A DNA stretch of 19,982 bases from an uncultured archaeon (GTDB lineage: Archaea > Micrarchaeota > Micrarchaeia > Micrarchaeales > CABMGC01), in the NCBI GenBank assembly GCA_963787445.1, contig CAWBCT010000001.1, positions 1-19,982 on the forward strand, read 5' to 3'. Made by a program: the position numbers and the translations under genes. Below are positions 1-9,400 of the stretch, in pieces. Numbering within the stretch: position 1 is the first letter of the stretch; each line of letters opens with the position of its first letter. The notes under the pieces are model-generated. The model did no database searches. It saw only the letters and a list, made by a program, of their open reading frames with translations, and was not told where the DNA came from.

Positions 1-21
1 CTTAGTTTTGAGATAATTCCT

Positions 22-29
22 TTTATATT
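22..29 (+). promoter_or_regulatory. putative archaeal TATA box for hjc
   Basis: TTTATATT about 30 nt upstream of the inferred CTG start at 59. Confidence 0.4.
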
Positions 30-58
30 TATCCAGAGCAGATAAGCCTGGCGATTCA

Positions 59-508
59 CTGCACAGGTACGTCAAAGGCGCGAGGAGCAAAAGGGAACTC
101 CTGAACAGACTATACGAGAACGGCTATTCTGTAATCCGGGCGGCCGGCTCCGGAGTAAATGCTCTTGGGCCCGACATAGTCGCGATAAAGGATCAGTTCT
201 GCATGGCGTTCGAGTGCAAGGCCTGGGAGAAAAACAGGCTGAGCATAGACCCTGAGGCATATCTAAAAGCTACGGGAGTGGGCCGACAATACGAGTTTCC
301 TACCTATATCGCCTGGCGAATGAACAACAAGGGCTGGTTCTTCGTTACCCTTGACGAGCTGAAGCACGGGGAGAAGGATCACAGCATCACCAAGATAAGG
401 ACGCTTGAGATAAACCGCCTCTACGAGCATGTCATCTCCAGGACAGAACCACAACAGGCGCAGAACGAAAAATCTGTATTAACTAATCTTAAATCATTAA
501 GTCCTTAA
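59..508 (+). CDS. hjc: archaeal Holliday junction resolvase Hjc (PD-(D/E)xK nuclease)
   Basis: The frame of ORF 203..508 is open back to a TAA at 14-16. From CTG at 59 it reads (M)HRYVKGARSKRELLNRLYENGYSVIRAAGSGVNALGPDIVAIKDQFCMAFECK, matching the Hjc pattern KG..-ERE L...G..V.R.AGS...PD.VA...E.K. There is no upstream in-frame ATG/GTG/TTG. A compensated +1/-1 indel pair is likely at ~265-295. Confidence 0.85.
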   Translation: MHRYVKGARSKRELLNRLYENGYSVIRAAGSGVNALGPDIVAIKDQFCMAFECKAWEKNRLSIDPEAYLKATGVGRQYEFPTYIAWRMNNKGWFFVTLDELKHGEKDHSITKIRTLEINRLYEHVISRTEPQQAQNEKSVLTNLKSLSP

Positions 509-512
509 TATT

Positions 513-1898
513 TTAATCTTTCTTATCTTTGGTATATTTTGAAGAGCGTCCGCTTCCAATTTTCTTGAGAATCATTTGCAAAACTAAATCATTCAAGTAC
601 TTTATGGCTGTGGGATGGGATACACCGATGATTTGGGCATAATGTGGTGCTGTTAGAAATTCGTGTTTTTCCAGATATGCTAATGCTTTTTGTTGCATGT
701 TGCTAATATTGCCGTAGGGCTTTGCTACTCGATCTGAAAGCGGACCATAGAGTACTATACGGAAGAACCCGCCAAGATCATCAAATACAGGGTCTGGCAT
801 TCCATTATCGCGCATTATTCCGATAATGGCTCTAACACCAAGATTGAGCCCATCGCCCCAGCCTGCATCGTTTAGGATGCGATGTAGTATTGGATTGCGA
901 TGTCGGCGCAAATCAGCAAAATTTTTGAGCGTCTGGCCCGAAAGCAGGGTACCTGGATTAGTTAGCGTGATGCGATCGTCAAATATTTCTACCAAAATTC
1001 CGTTAGGGTCAAAATAATCACGATGGCCCACAGCGTTGGTGAGGGCTTCGCGTAAAACCTTGTCTGGAACCATTGGCATCTCGACGCGTCTTCCATTGAT
1101 TATGCGGGCTGCGATTCCTGCCTTTTCTTTGATTATAGAGAATGCTTTTTCTAACAATTCGGGGCATGTATCTATTAGGCGTTGATCATATTCCCTAGAT
1201 TCGATTGATGGGGTTCGGCCTTTGTATTTGACGATACGTATTTCGCAGTTTGAGAAGAAGCGGGTAATATCCTTTGCAAAAGCTAACAGGCCAACATTTT
1301 TTATATAGAATTCTCCGATTGCATTGGCAACTCCGAGAGATTGCAGGAGCGCTTCTGCCGGAACCTCACCAATCTTTGGTTTTTTGTCTGTTCGATTAAC
1401 TAAATGTTTACCGATCTTCTCTTCAGAAAGATCTTTTAATTTGGCGGCCGATCTGCCTTCCTCAAATGAGATAATACCGCGTGCTTTAAGAAACTCTATA
1501 AGTTGTTTATGGGAGACTTCCACGTTAACAGATCCTTGTCTTACGTAAACTCGATTCCCAAAAAAACAGACGTCCCCAGGGGATAATGCCGAGATATTAA
1601 CAAGGATGACAAGTTTACCATCTATATTGTGTTCTTCATAGCTGACCAATGGCCTTGGTTCAAGCTGAGGTAGAATAGCCGCCATTTTCTGGTAAGCTTC
1701 ATCCTTTTTCTGAATTCCGATAGCGGCTGCTTTTCCGTTTACTGACTCTATTCCAAGCACTAACAGTCCGCCTCCAGCATTGGCGAAGGCACATACAGTC
1801 TGTCCAATTCTATCGGCAAAATGGACAGACTTCTTGAATTCTAACCTTGATCCCTCTTCCTGGGAAAGGAGGTATTGTACTTCTTCCTTCGAAAGCAT
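513..1898 (-). CDS. Schlafen/AlbA_2 domain + HATPase_c_4 (RecG-C-like) + C-terminal winged HTH protein
   Basis: N-terminal EEGSRLEFKKS...CAFANAGGGLLVLGI (AlbA_2); central LREALTNAVGHRDY...VEIFDDRITLTNPG (HATPase_c_4); C-terminal YAQIIGVSHPTAIKYLNDLV...KKIGSGRSSKY (wHTH). Visibly AT-richer than the genes to its right. Confidence 0.85.
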   Translation of the reverse strand: MLSKEEVQYLLSQEEGSRLEFKKSVHFADRIGQTVCAFANAGGGLLVLGIESVNGKAAAIGIQKKDEAYQKMAAILPQLEPRPLVSYEEHNIDGKLVILVNISALSPGDVCFFGNRVYVRQGSVNVEVSHKQLIEFLKARGIISFEEGRSAAKLKDLSEEKIGKHLVNRTDKKPKIGEVPAEALLQSLGVANAIGEFYIKNVGLLAFAKDITRFFSNCEIRIVKYKGRTPSIESREYDQRLIDTCPELLEKAFSIIKEKAGIAARIINGRRVEMPMVPDKVLREALTNAVGHRDYFDPNGILVEIFDDRITLTNPGTLLSGQTLKNFADLRRHRNPILHRILNDAGWGDGLNLGVRAIIGIMRDNGMPDPVFDDLGGFFRIVLYGPLSDRVAKPYGNISNMQQKALAYLEKHEFLTAPHYAQIIGVSHPTAIKYLNDLVLQMILKKIGSGRSSKYTKDKKD

Positions 1899-1940
1899 AT
1901 TAAAATATTAAACAATAACATATTTAATACTATTTAATAC
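1897..1940 (-). promoter_or_regulatory. TATA region with repeated TATTAAA half-sites upstream of the AlbA_2 gene
   Basis: ATATTAAA x2 tandem (1897-1912) and TATTTAATAC x2 tandem (1921-1940). The two pairs are inverted relative to each other, and the minus strand reads TTAAATA at TATA spacing. Confidence 0.45.
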
Positions 1941-1974
1941 AAAACTTGCATAATTAGGGGATAATTTTAGCAGT

Positions 1975-2742
1975 TTATACTCCCGCGTCAAGGATCTCCT
2001 GAAGGATCCCTTTTGCCTGCTCCGGGCTTGAGACCGCTATGCAGTCCACCTGCAGGGTCAGGACGGGATAGTCGTTTCCGCCCTCGAAGAGGGCGTCGCC
2101 TATGAAGAGCATCTCATCAATGCTGAAGCCAAGCCTCTCCTGTATCTTCTTTATCCCGTAGGCCTTGTCTATTCCGGCCAGGGTTACGTCTATCGAGGTG
2201 GTCCCGCCAATCTTTGCCTGGGTCCCCTCCGGCAGATATTTATTGAGGTGCTCCACTATCTTCAGGCGCTTGCTTGCATCGGGATCATAGGCGCTTTTTA
2301 TCTCCAATGGCGCGGTCTGGCCGTTGGCCGAGAAGGTTATCTGGGTGCCCCTGTCCTCGATAAGTTCACCGTATATCTTCTCCGGTTTCTGGAACCCCGC
2401 ATCTGCGAGCGCCTTATCGAAAGCCTCGAAGATCTGCTTCTTCTTTTCATCGGGAAGGCTCTCGGTGTAGACGTTCTGCCACTCGTTGCCGTTGTTAACG
2501 TACATCGAGGTTGCACAGGTCGGGAAGAGGTAAAGATGGGAGAGGTCGGCGCCATCGGCAGGAATGGACTTCACGAACTGGGTGAGGAACTGGTTGTAGG
2601 AGCCTCCGGAGATTACCGCAAAGTGCTTGAACCTGAGCAGGCGCGCGATTATGCCGGCCATCTCCGGATCCATGGGCGACTTGCTCTCCGCAAGGGTCCC
2701 GTCGAGGTCAGCTATTATTATCTTTTTTGAAGCGTAGTCCAT
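1975..2742 (-). CDS. HAD-IIB family hydrolase, phosphomannomutase-like
   Basis: Motif I DLDGTL, motif II ISGG, cap IEDRGTQITFS, GGTTSIDV...IDKAYG, motif IV FIGDALFEGGNDYP, typical of eukaryote-type PMM/HAD-IIB. Confidence 0.85.
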   Translation of the reverse strand: MDYASKKIIIADLDGTLAESKSPMDPEMAGIIARLLRFKHFAVISGGSYNQFLTQFVKSIPADGADLSHLYLFPTCATSMYVNNGNEWQNVYTESLPDEKKKQIFEAFDKALADAGFQKPEKIYGELIEDRGTQITFSANGQTAPLEIKSAYDPDASKRLKIVEHLNKYLPEGTQAKIGGTTSIDVTLAGIDKAYGIKKIQERLGFSIDEMLFIGDALFEGGNDYPVLTLQVDCIAVSSPEQAKGILQEILDAGV

Positions 2743-2746
2743 GTTT

Positions 2747-3511
2747 TCATCTTATGGTGATTCCGAGTTTTCCTCCGTTCTCACGCAGCCATTTCCGCCT
2801 CTCCTTGTAGTCTGGCACAGCCTTCGCCACCAACGCCCAAAACGCGGGAGAGTGGTTGTGCTGGCCGAGGTGCGAGAGTTCGTGCGCCATCACGTACTCA
2901 AGAATCGGGTAGGGCGCAAAGAGTAGTCTAACGTTCAGATTTATAGTCTTTCTCGGATGCGTAGTGCTGCCCCAGAGCCTTCGCTGCGATTTTATCTTGA
3001 GGTCGTTGAACTTGAATCCGTAGAACCGCTCGTTCAGTGCGTCAAGCCTGGAGCGCACTTCCGGCAACATCGCCTTTGACAGTCCAAGAGTGGTGAGCCT
3101 TGATATTGTTTCCCTGCGCGCATCCTCATCGTAGGCAAGAGGGGTCCTTATCTTCAGCAGGCCCGGCTCGAGGCGCACCGTGGAACGCTGGGCAAGGCTC
3201 TGCTCATCGACTTCTATCCTTACCGGGCTCCCAAGAATATTGATCACATCGCCGTTCGCGAACGCCGGAGCCTTTTTGTCGTCGAGAGCGGAGAAGCCGT
3301 CGCGGGAGAGCTTCTCTAGCCTCTTTACCACCTTCTGCGTCAGGCCGTTTATCAGGTCGATGCGGGTGGAACGGCTGATCCACCTGGGAAGGCGTATGGT
3401 GACGCTGTTCGAGTCGAAGCGCGCCACCGCCGTCCTCCTTCTCTCCTGTATCACAAACAGGTCGAAGCGCCTGCCCTGCACTTCTATCTGTCGTTCATCC
3501 AAATAAAGCAC
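2747..3511 (-). CDS. YgjP/DUF45-like (M48/SprT-like) zinc metallohydrolase
   Basis: KIKSQRRLWGS...INLNVRLL...EYVMAHELSHL...NHSPAFWALV...PDYKERRKWL with HExxH; GTG start 1 bp after the upstream stop. Confidence 0.85.
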   Translation of the reverse strand: MLYLDERQIEVQGRRFDLFVIQERRRTAVARFDSNSVTIRLPRWISRSTRIDLINGLTQKVVKRLEKLSRDGFSALDDKKAPAFANGDVINILGSPVRIEVDEQSLAQRSTVRLEPGLLKIRTPLAYDEDARRETISRLTTLGLSKAMLPEVRSRLDALNERFYGFKFNDLKIKSQRRLWGSTTHPRKTINLNVRLLFAPYPILEYVMAHELSHLGQHNHSPAFWALVAKAVPDYKERRKWLRENGGKLGITIR

Positions 3512-3512
3512 C

Positions 3513-4094
3513 TTAGCTCAGGTCCACCGCAAGCGGGCACTGTGCCCAGTAGTTTGCATTTCCGTTCTGGTACAGCTGCTGCGCGTTTATCGTGCTGCTG
3601 TTATAATTGTTGTAATTGAGCACTAGGCCCGGCTCTGCGCCAGCCTCGCTGGTGCAGGTTGCCGCCGAGGCATTCTGCGGGATGACCTGATGGCCCAGGC
3701 CGTTGGGCGAGTAGGTGCAGCTGGTGGCGTTGGCCTCGTAGAAGTCTATGGTGCTTGGGCTGCGCTGGTTGGAGAGAATCTCAATAAGATATGTGACGCA
3801 GGGCTCCTCCGAGTTGAACTGGGTCAGGTTGTTATAATTGACAAGCAGGGAGATGCGGGGCGCTGCGGAGAGGCTGGCCTTGAACGCCGAGAATGAGGCG
3901 GTGCTTACCTGGACAGGACCCTCCTGGCTCACAAAGAAAAGCGCTATTGCTGCAAGTATGATTATGCCTGCCGCGACGAAGAGTAGGTTCCTATTCCTGC
4001 TTGAGGGGGCCTTCTGCGGCTCGCCGGCTGCCCTCTTTTGAGAGGATGCCTTGGTGGTTGCCTTTGTGGTCTGTTCCTTCTTTGCCGATGCCAT
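3513..4094 (-). CDS. membrane-anchored extracellular protein with four Cys (hypothetical)
   Basis: Real start taken as ATG 4094 (MASAKKEQ...), because the track's first 55 aa overlap the upstream gene out of frame. Basic cytoplasmic N-terminus, one TM helix (LLFVAAGIIILAAIALFFV), then an Asn/Ser/Thr-rich domain with NxS/T sequons. Confidence 0.75.
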   Translation of the reverse strand: MASAKKEQTTKATTKASSQKRAAGEPQKAPSSRNRNLLFVAAGIIILAAIALFFVSQEGPVQVSTASFSAFKASLSAAPRISLLVNYNNLTQFNSEEPCVTYLIEILSNQRSPSTIDFYEANATSCTYSPNGLGHQVIPQNASAATCTSEAGAEPGLVLNYNNYNSSTINAQQLYQNGNANYWAQCPLAVDLS

Positions 4095-4099
4095 AATTA

Positions 4100-6159
4100 T
4101 TACCTTATGAAGAAAGCCGGATAGCAGGCGTTGATGAACGCGGAGTCGCCGTTCGCCGTCATCACCGTCCCGTAGAACGAGTAGACGCCTATGCTCGGCG
4201 TGCCCGAGATGCTGAGCGCCACAACCGGCGTCCTGGAGCGCGCGTACTGGTTCATGCACTGGCTGACGTTCATGTCGACTATGCCCGGGCCTGAGCAGAC
4301 GTTGCCGGAGGTGTAGACGGTGGTTACAGTGTAGTTGTATTGCGTGGCGTAGGTGGTTATCTCGCCTGCGCAGGTGGAGAGCGCGGAGCTCGTCCCGTTG
4401 AGCGCGATCACCAGGCTTCGCGAGGAGTGCACCGCATCGGTGAACAGGTTCGCCGGGGCGCTGGAGTTCGCAATGGAGGCGACCTCATAGGTCGCAAAGA
4501 CGAAGATCAGCACTATGGCTATCACTATTAGGAACAGCCAGAGCCAGGCGCGGCTCGTCCTGTGGCTCACCTTGAGCTTCCTGCGCGCCTTCAGGCGCAG
4601 GTGGTAGACGAAGAGCAGCGCCAGGACGATCAGGCCGATTATAAGGGAAAGTATGGAGGAGAGGAATGGCGCCGCTGCGATGGTGGACTGGTAGATAGTC
4701 CCTCGACTGATGACATGGACGAGACGAACGGCTCATTTATCGCGCGTGAGATTCCCTCAAGGCTGAAGTCTATGGTGAGGCCGTAGTCCGGGGTGAGGTT
4801 GTCTATGTGGAACAGCTCTGACAGCAATGCAGGCGGATTCTGCACCTGGCCTCCCAGCTGGCCGTTGGCCTGGGACTCCTGGAATGCGAGGGCAGAGGTC
4901 TTGTTTGAGGTGTCGCCGTTGAGCTGCGCGGCAATCAGCACCACCGTGTTGTTACGTGCCTCTCCGAGTAATGAAGAGTAGGTTGCATTTACCTTCAGGT
5001 ACGTGGCCCGAAGCTGCGTGAGAGAGGTCTTCAGCGCATTGGCGTAGGAGGTTATGTTTATCTGGGCGTAGTTGGTCTTCAGGTAGGCATAATCGGAACC
5101 GACAAGGGCGGTCTCGGTCTGGAGCGTTGCGTTCAAGATGTGCTGCCCGAGAAGGGTGCTCGCATTCGTCGTCGTGGAGATGCCCTTGAGCGTGGTGTTC
5201 AGCACCACCGCCAGCTGGGCCGACTTCTGCGCCACGAGAGTGGGAACTATGTAGGCGTTCTCGGATGCGTTGACGCTCTGCGCCAGCACCGCGATCTTCG
5301 CAGAGGTGGGCAGGGAGGAGGCTATCCCGTTCAGCTGCACGGTGACATTGGTCAGCTGCTGCGGCTGGTAGGTAAGGAGGCCGCAGTAGCCTATGGCATT
5401 GCAGTACCAGGGCCCTGAGCTGGAGGTGAGGTTGAAGCTGATGTTGCCGCCGAGCCCGCCGCAGAGCGAGAGGTCTGAGCTGGCGAGCGGAGGGAAGATC
5501 GGGTTCTGGCCAATGGTCTGGGTTATGGTAGAGACGTTGGCGAGCGCATTGAGCAGCTTCTGTATTGCGACGAACGGGCTGGCGGTGCTCTTGGAAGAGC
5601 TGTAGTTGTTGAATATGGTTAGGTTGCTCTCCAGCTGGTTGTACTGGATCTCAAAGCTCGCTATCCCTGTGCCGAGGGTGCCCCCGGGGCCGTCTGTCGC
5701 GTATAACGCCTCATTGCAGGAAGGCACCGAGGCGCAGGACTGACAGAGGTTGGCGTAGGTACAGGTGCCGCGGTCAATTCCCGTCTCTATCAGGCAGTCG
5801 GTAAGGTTGTATGAGGAGCCGTTGAGATAGACGCCTAGTGCCTGGGCGGCTGGTGCGAAGTTGACGGCCTTCAGGCTTGCGCCTTGTATTGTCGGCGTTA
5901 TGATCGTTGCTATGGTGGCTGCATTGAGGATGAAGTGGTAGTCGCTGGTTGAGGTGTTTATCAGGAATACTGGTGAGCTTCCGCTGTAGACCAGAACGTA
6001 GCTGTGGCTGCCGTATGAGATGTTGGTGAACGTTGCGCCGCTTATCAGGGTGCTCGAGACATTATAGCTCTTCAGCAGTGCGGTTACGCCCGCGTTTGAG
6101 GCGCTTAGGACGCCGATAAACAGGACAGCAAAGAGTAAAGAGGTAATTTTACTCGACAT
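4100..6159 (-). CDS. large Cys-rich surface/membrane protein (~686 aa), split by one frameshift at ~4694
   Basis: ORFs 4639..6174 and 4100..4570 join if one base is restored at 4694 (cta tc[n] tac). The stop-free joined frame reads GLSYQSTIAAAPFLSSILSLIIGLIVLALLFVYHLRLKARRKLKVSHRTSRAWLWLFLIV..., i.e. TM-basic loop-TM. Signal peptide from ATG 6159 and many NxS/T sequons. Confidence 0.8.
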
Positions 6160-6185
6160 TAAATCAGTATTCAATATGCAAGTAA

Positions 6186-6193
6186 TATTTAAA
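6186..6193 (-). promoter_or_regulatory. TATA box, probable leaderless transcript
   Basis: TTTAAATA on the minus strand ending ~27 nt before ATG 6159. Confidence 0.55.
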
Positions 6194-6309
6194 TACTCAA
6201 CGCTTCTTTGCGGGAGTCAAAAGACACCGGGAATTTCCAGATGTCGACTGGAATCTCTAAAATATTTGGAATGGGGGATTTTGCTGATGCTCCACGCTGA
6301 AGGGCGGAT

Positions 6310-6367
6310 AAAAGATTAGGGCCCCGATGAGGGGCCCAGAAAAAGGACGAGGCCAAAAAGAAAGGCC
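6310..6367 (-). terminator. U-rich tracts and GC hairpin downstream of the S-layer gene
   Basis: Minus strand: GGCC-TTTCTTTTT-GGCC (6351-6367), CCTTTTTC, then a perfect 7-bp stem GGGCCCC-TCATC-GGGGCCC (6319-6337) followed by TAATCTTTT. Confidence 0.6.
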
Positions 6368-6401
6368 AATAAACTGGGTTCGCGTTAGGCTGCTAGTCCA
6401 C

Positions 6402-9400
6402 TTAGACTGTCGCGTTTGCGAGCAAGTCCTGTATGAACTGGTTTCCTGCCTGTACGGTCTGCGCTGCAGAGTATCCTGCGACCAGGACTCGGTTCGTACC
6501 AAATGCCTGAACCACTACTGAAGAGGTTCCGAATGTCTGGTTGAACGACGGGTTCTGTCCGAAGATCTGTCCTGCTACGGAGTTGACGTACTTGCTTCCA
6601 ACTACGATCAAGGTCGATGCCGAGTTCGCGTTCGAGTCTAGCACTGCCAAAGGCGTTACAGCCGTGTTCAGGGTCGTTGGGACCACTGCCTGGCTCACTG
6701 ACGGAACAGCAGTCAGGTTGCTCAATCCGGAGACACTGCAGCTTGTGGTCGAGAACGCACATGTCGCGTTTACCTTTGCTATGGTCACGTTAGGGATGTT
6801 TGTCGACTGTCCCACCGTGTATGGACCATCTGTCGCAGAGGTCGAGATGCTGTTCGAGGCCGTGCTTGCAGGACCAATTACGAAGGTCAAGCCGTCGATC
6901 GTCTTAGGCTCGTCGTACACAATCGAAGTTGTGGAGATCGAGGCTAGTTCGCCGCCGCGCTCTGTCCTGAAGCCCTGCACTGCCTTCACTATGCTACCCT
7001 GCGAAGACTGGTACTGCACAGCGTTGTTGTTGCCGACTGTTTCGTTTAGCCAGTACAACGGAGTTGAGTCAACTGTCGAGCTGTTCGTGAGACCTATTAT
7101 CACGTTTGAGCCCGGCGTTGTTAGCCCAGGTACGTCTATTTCGTTAACCGTGTACGTGAAGTACTGGTTCCTTGGACCTGCACCTGCAACTGAAGGCGAG
7201 ATCACGAAGTTGACGTTGTTCTGCTCTCCCGTGTATGTTACGGTCGAGACAGTAGGCGCAACCTTGTAGGTGTACTGAGGCACAGAGTACAACAGTGTAG
7301 GCGCAGCAGATACGTATGTGAGCCGCCCTAACATAATGCTGTTCGCGGATACGAGGGACTGAGCGATCAGAGCCGCGTTTGTGGTCAGATAGTTACCAGC
7401 AAGACCGTTTGCTCCAACTGATTGGAACAGAACTGTGTTGGCTGTGTCCCAAACGTCTACCGAAACACCAGGGTTAGGTATCGCATAGCTGACCTGTATG
7501 TTCGTCAGGTTTGCAAGCACTAGGCCGTTTATCGTCTGCCAAACAGGCGAGGTCGAGATTCCGTTAGTGTTGAAGGTAACGGTGTAAGTCGTAGCAGAGG
7601 TCTGCCCGTACTTATAACCAGTTAGCTGCACGTTCAACGGATTGTTTGTCGAAATCGTGTTTGCAGGCAGGCCAGAGTTACCCCAAAGTCCAACAGCTAT
7701 TCCGCCGTTTACCAACGTGAGTACGTTGGATGCGTCTGATGTTGCAACCAAGGCGTTAGGCACGAAGCCGTTGTCCAACTGGTAAGGGTCGAGGTTGTAC
7801 GTCAATGTACCAACGTTTGAGGTCGGTGCAGCCAACGTTCCTGAGCTTACCTGGAAGGCCGTAGGTATCGTGCTTGCCACTGTCAGCAAGTTAACAGGCT
7901 CTGTGACGGTTGTCAAGTTGACCAGCTTTGCCGTAGAGGTGGTTACGATAACTGTCCCAAGTGCGTTAAAGGACACAGAGTTGGGCGTTACAACGGTCTG
8001 CTTTGTCGGGTTCGAGTACGTTACGCCGGCCTGGTATGACGTAGTGAACGTCAGAGGGTCGTAGTTCGCGTTTCCGCTGCTAGGCGCTCCCAGAGAGTCT
8101 CCTGCGAAGCTTACCTTCCAAGCCGCCGGGCTTGTTACGAAGTTAAAGCTGGATCCAGGAGTCATAGTTAACTGGTTCGTTTGGTTCGAGTACAGGATTA
8201 TTCCCTGAAGCGCTGCGTTCGCATTGAATGCAAGCTGTGATACAGCAGCTGTCGACTGGTTCGTTGTCCACCTCAAAGCAGCCAGCCAGCCATTGCCGTT
8301 GGCGCTGTTGAAGTTCTTGCCGCTCGTCACGTTAACCGTGTTTGAGAACAGCTGGATCTTTGCCCACTTCTGGTATGCGTACAAACCTGGGAAGGTCTGG
8401 GATACCTTGATGAACAGCTTCGTTCCAGATGAGTTCACGGTTATGGACTGCTGGTTAGATGCAGGCCCTGCGGACGTTACGTTTGTCAATACACCATTGT
8501 TGTATACAGACAAAGCAGCGTTGGAGAGTCCGTTAGAGTTCGGGTAGGACAGGTCGTTCAAGACTACTGTGAAAGGTCCGCTTGTCACGTTGTGGCCAAC
8601 GTACACGGTCTGGATAGGCGTTGAAGCCTGTGCGAGTGTGACGTTACCACCAACTATGAAGTTGGCAGAGGTTACACCGATGTAGCCGCTTGTCGGAGGC
8701 GTCATTCCATAGACCGTCCAGTTCTGACCGAGCAACTTGAGGTTTGCGTTTGTTGCGCTTCCTCCAGAAGTCACCGGAATCGGCTTACCAAATACTATCT
8801 GGTAGGCGCCGTTCGTGTCGAGCACTGAGATCGAGCCTGTGTTCTGGTTGTATACTGGGAATCCAGCCAGCCAAAGCGACTCGGTTTCCTGATATGTTCC
8901 AGAGCTTGATTGTAGGCCCGGTACCTGCGTTGATGTCAACTGCAGGATGTTATCGTATCCAGAAGAGGTGAATCTCGTGAATGCAACACCGCCGCCGTTT
9001 GTGGAGGCGCTTACTGAGGTTGCAGGCGAGATGCCTATTCCAGCGTACACGGATGTGGCCGTTGGGTTGCTCGTTATTGCGTATGGAGCAGAGCTAGGGT
9101 TCGGGTAGTCGTAGCTGCTTGAGGACGACTGAATCGACTTGGTGTTCGTCAGCGTTCCGGAAGTCAGTACGCCAGGGTTGAGAACTGAACCTATCAACGC
9201 CTGGAATGAGTAAGATCCCGTAGGAACTACTACTCCCTTCTCTCCTAGCCAGACCTGCTGGTTCGAAAGAGTACAGGTAGGTGTGGTTACAACACAGGTC
9301 ACAGAGCTCCTCCCGTTTACCGTTGCGGTAACGTTCTGAGATGTGTGCGCAAGGCTTCCGATGACTGCCGCAATGTTTGCAGCAACGACACCGTCGCTTG

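Noticed and set aside
4095-4259. 55-aa N-terminal extension of ORF 3513..4259
   Set aside because: It overlaps the upstream gene out of frame; ATG 4094 lies 5 bp after the upstream stop.
4100-4570. Separate 156-aa gene starting at GTG 4570
   Set aside because: Its frame continues upstream without stops through a TM helix to the frameshift at 4694, so it is the 3' part of the larger gene.
6395-6403. AAGTGGACT on the minus strand at the S-layer stop, resembling the repeat core
   Set aside because: Only 9 bp, opposite orientation, and it lacks CGGCG, TGAGT and TGTAC; chance match.
6541-8971. Long plus-strand ORFs (e.g. 6541..7269, 8224..8547) opposite the S-layer gene
   Set aside because: Antisense shadows of a biased-codon gene; no recognisable motifs.
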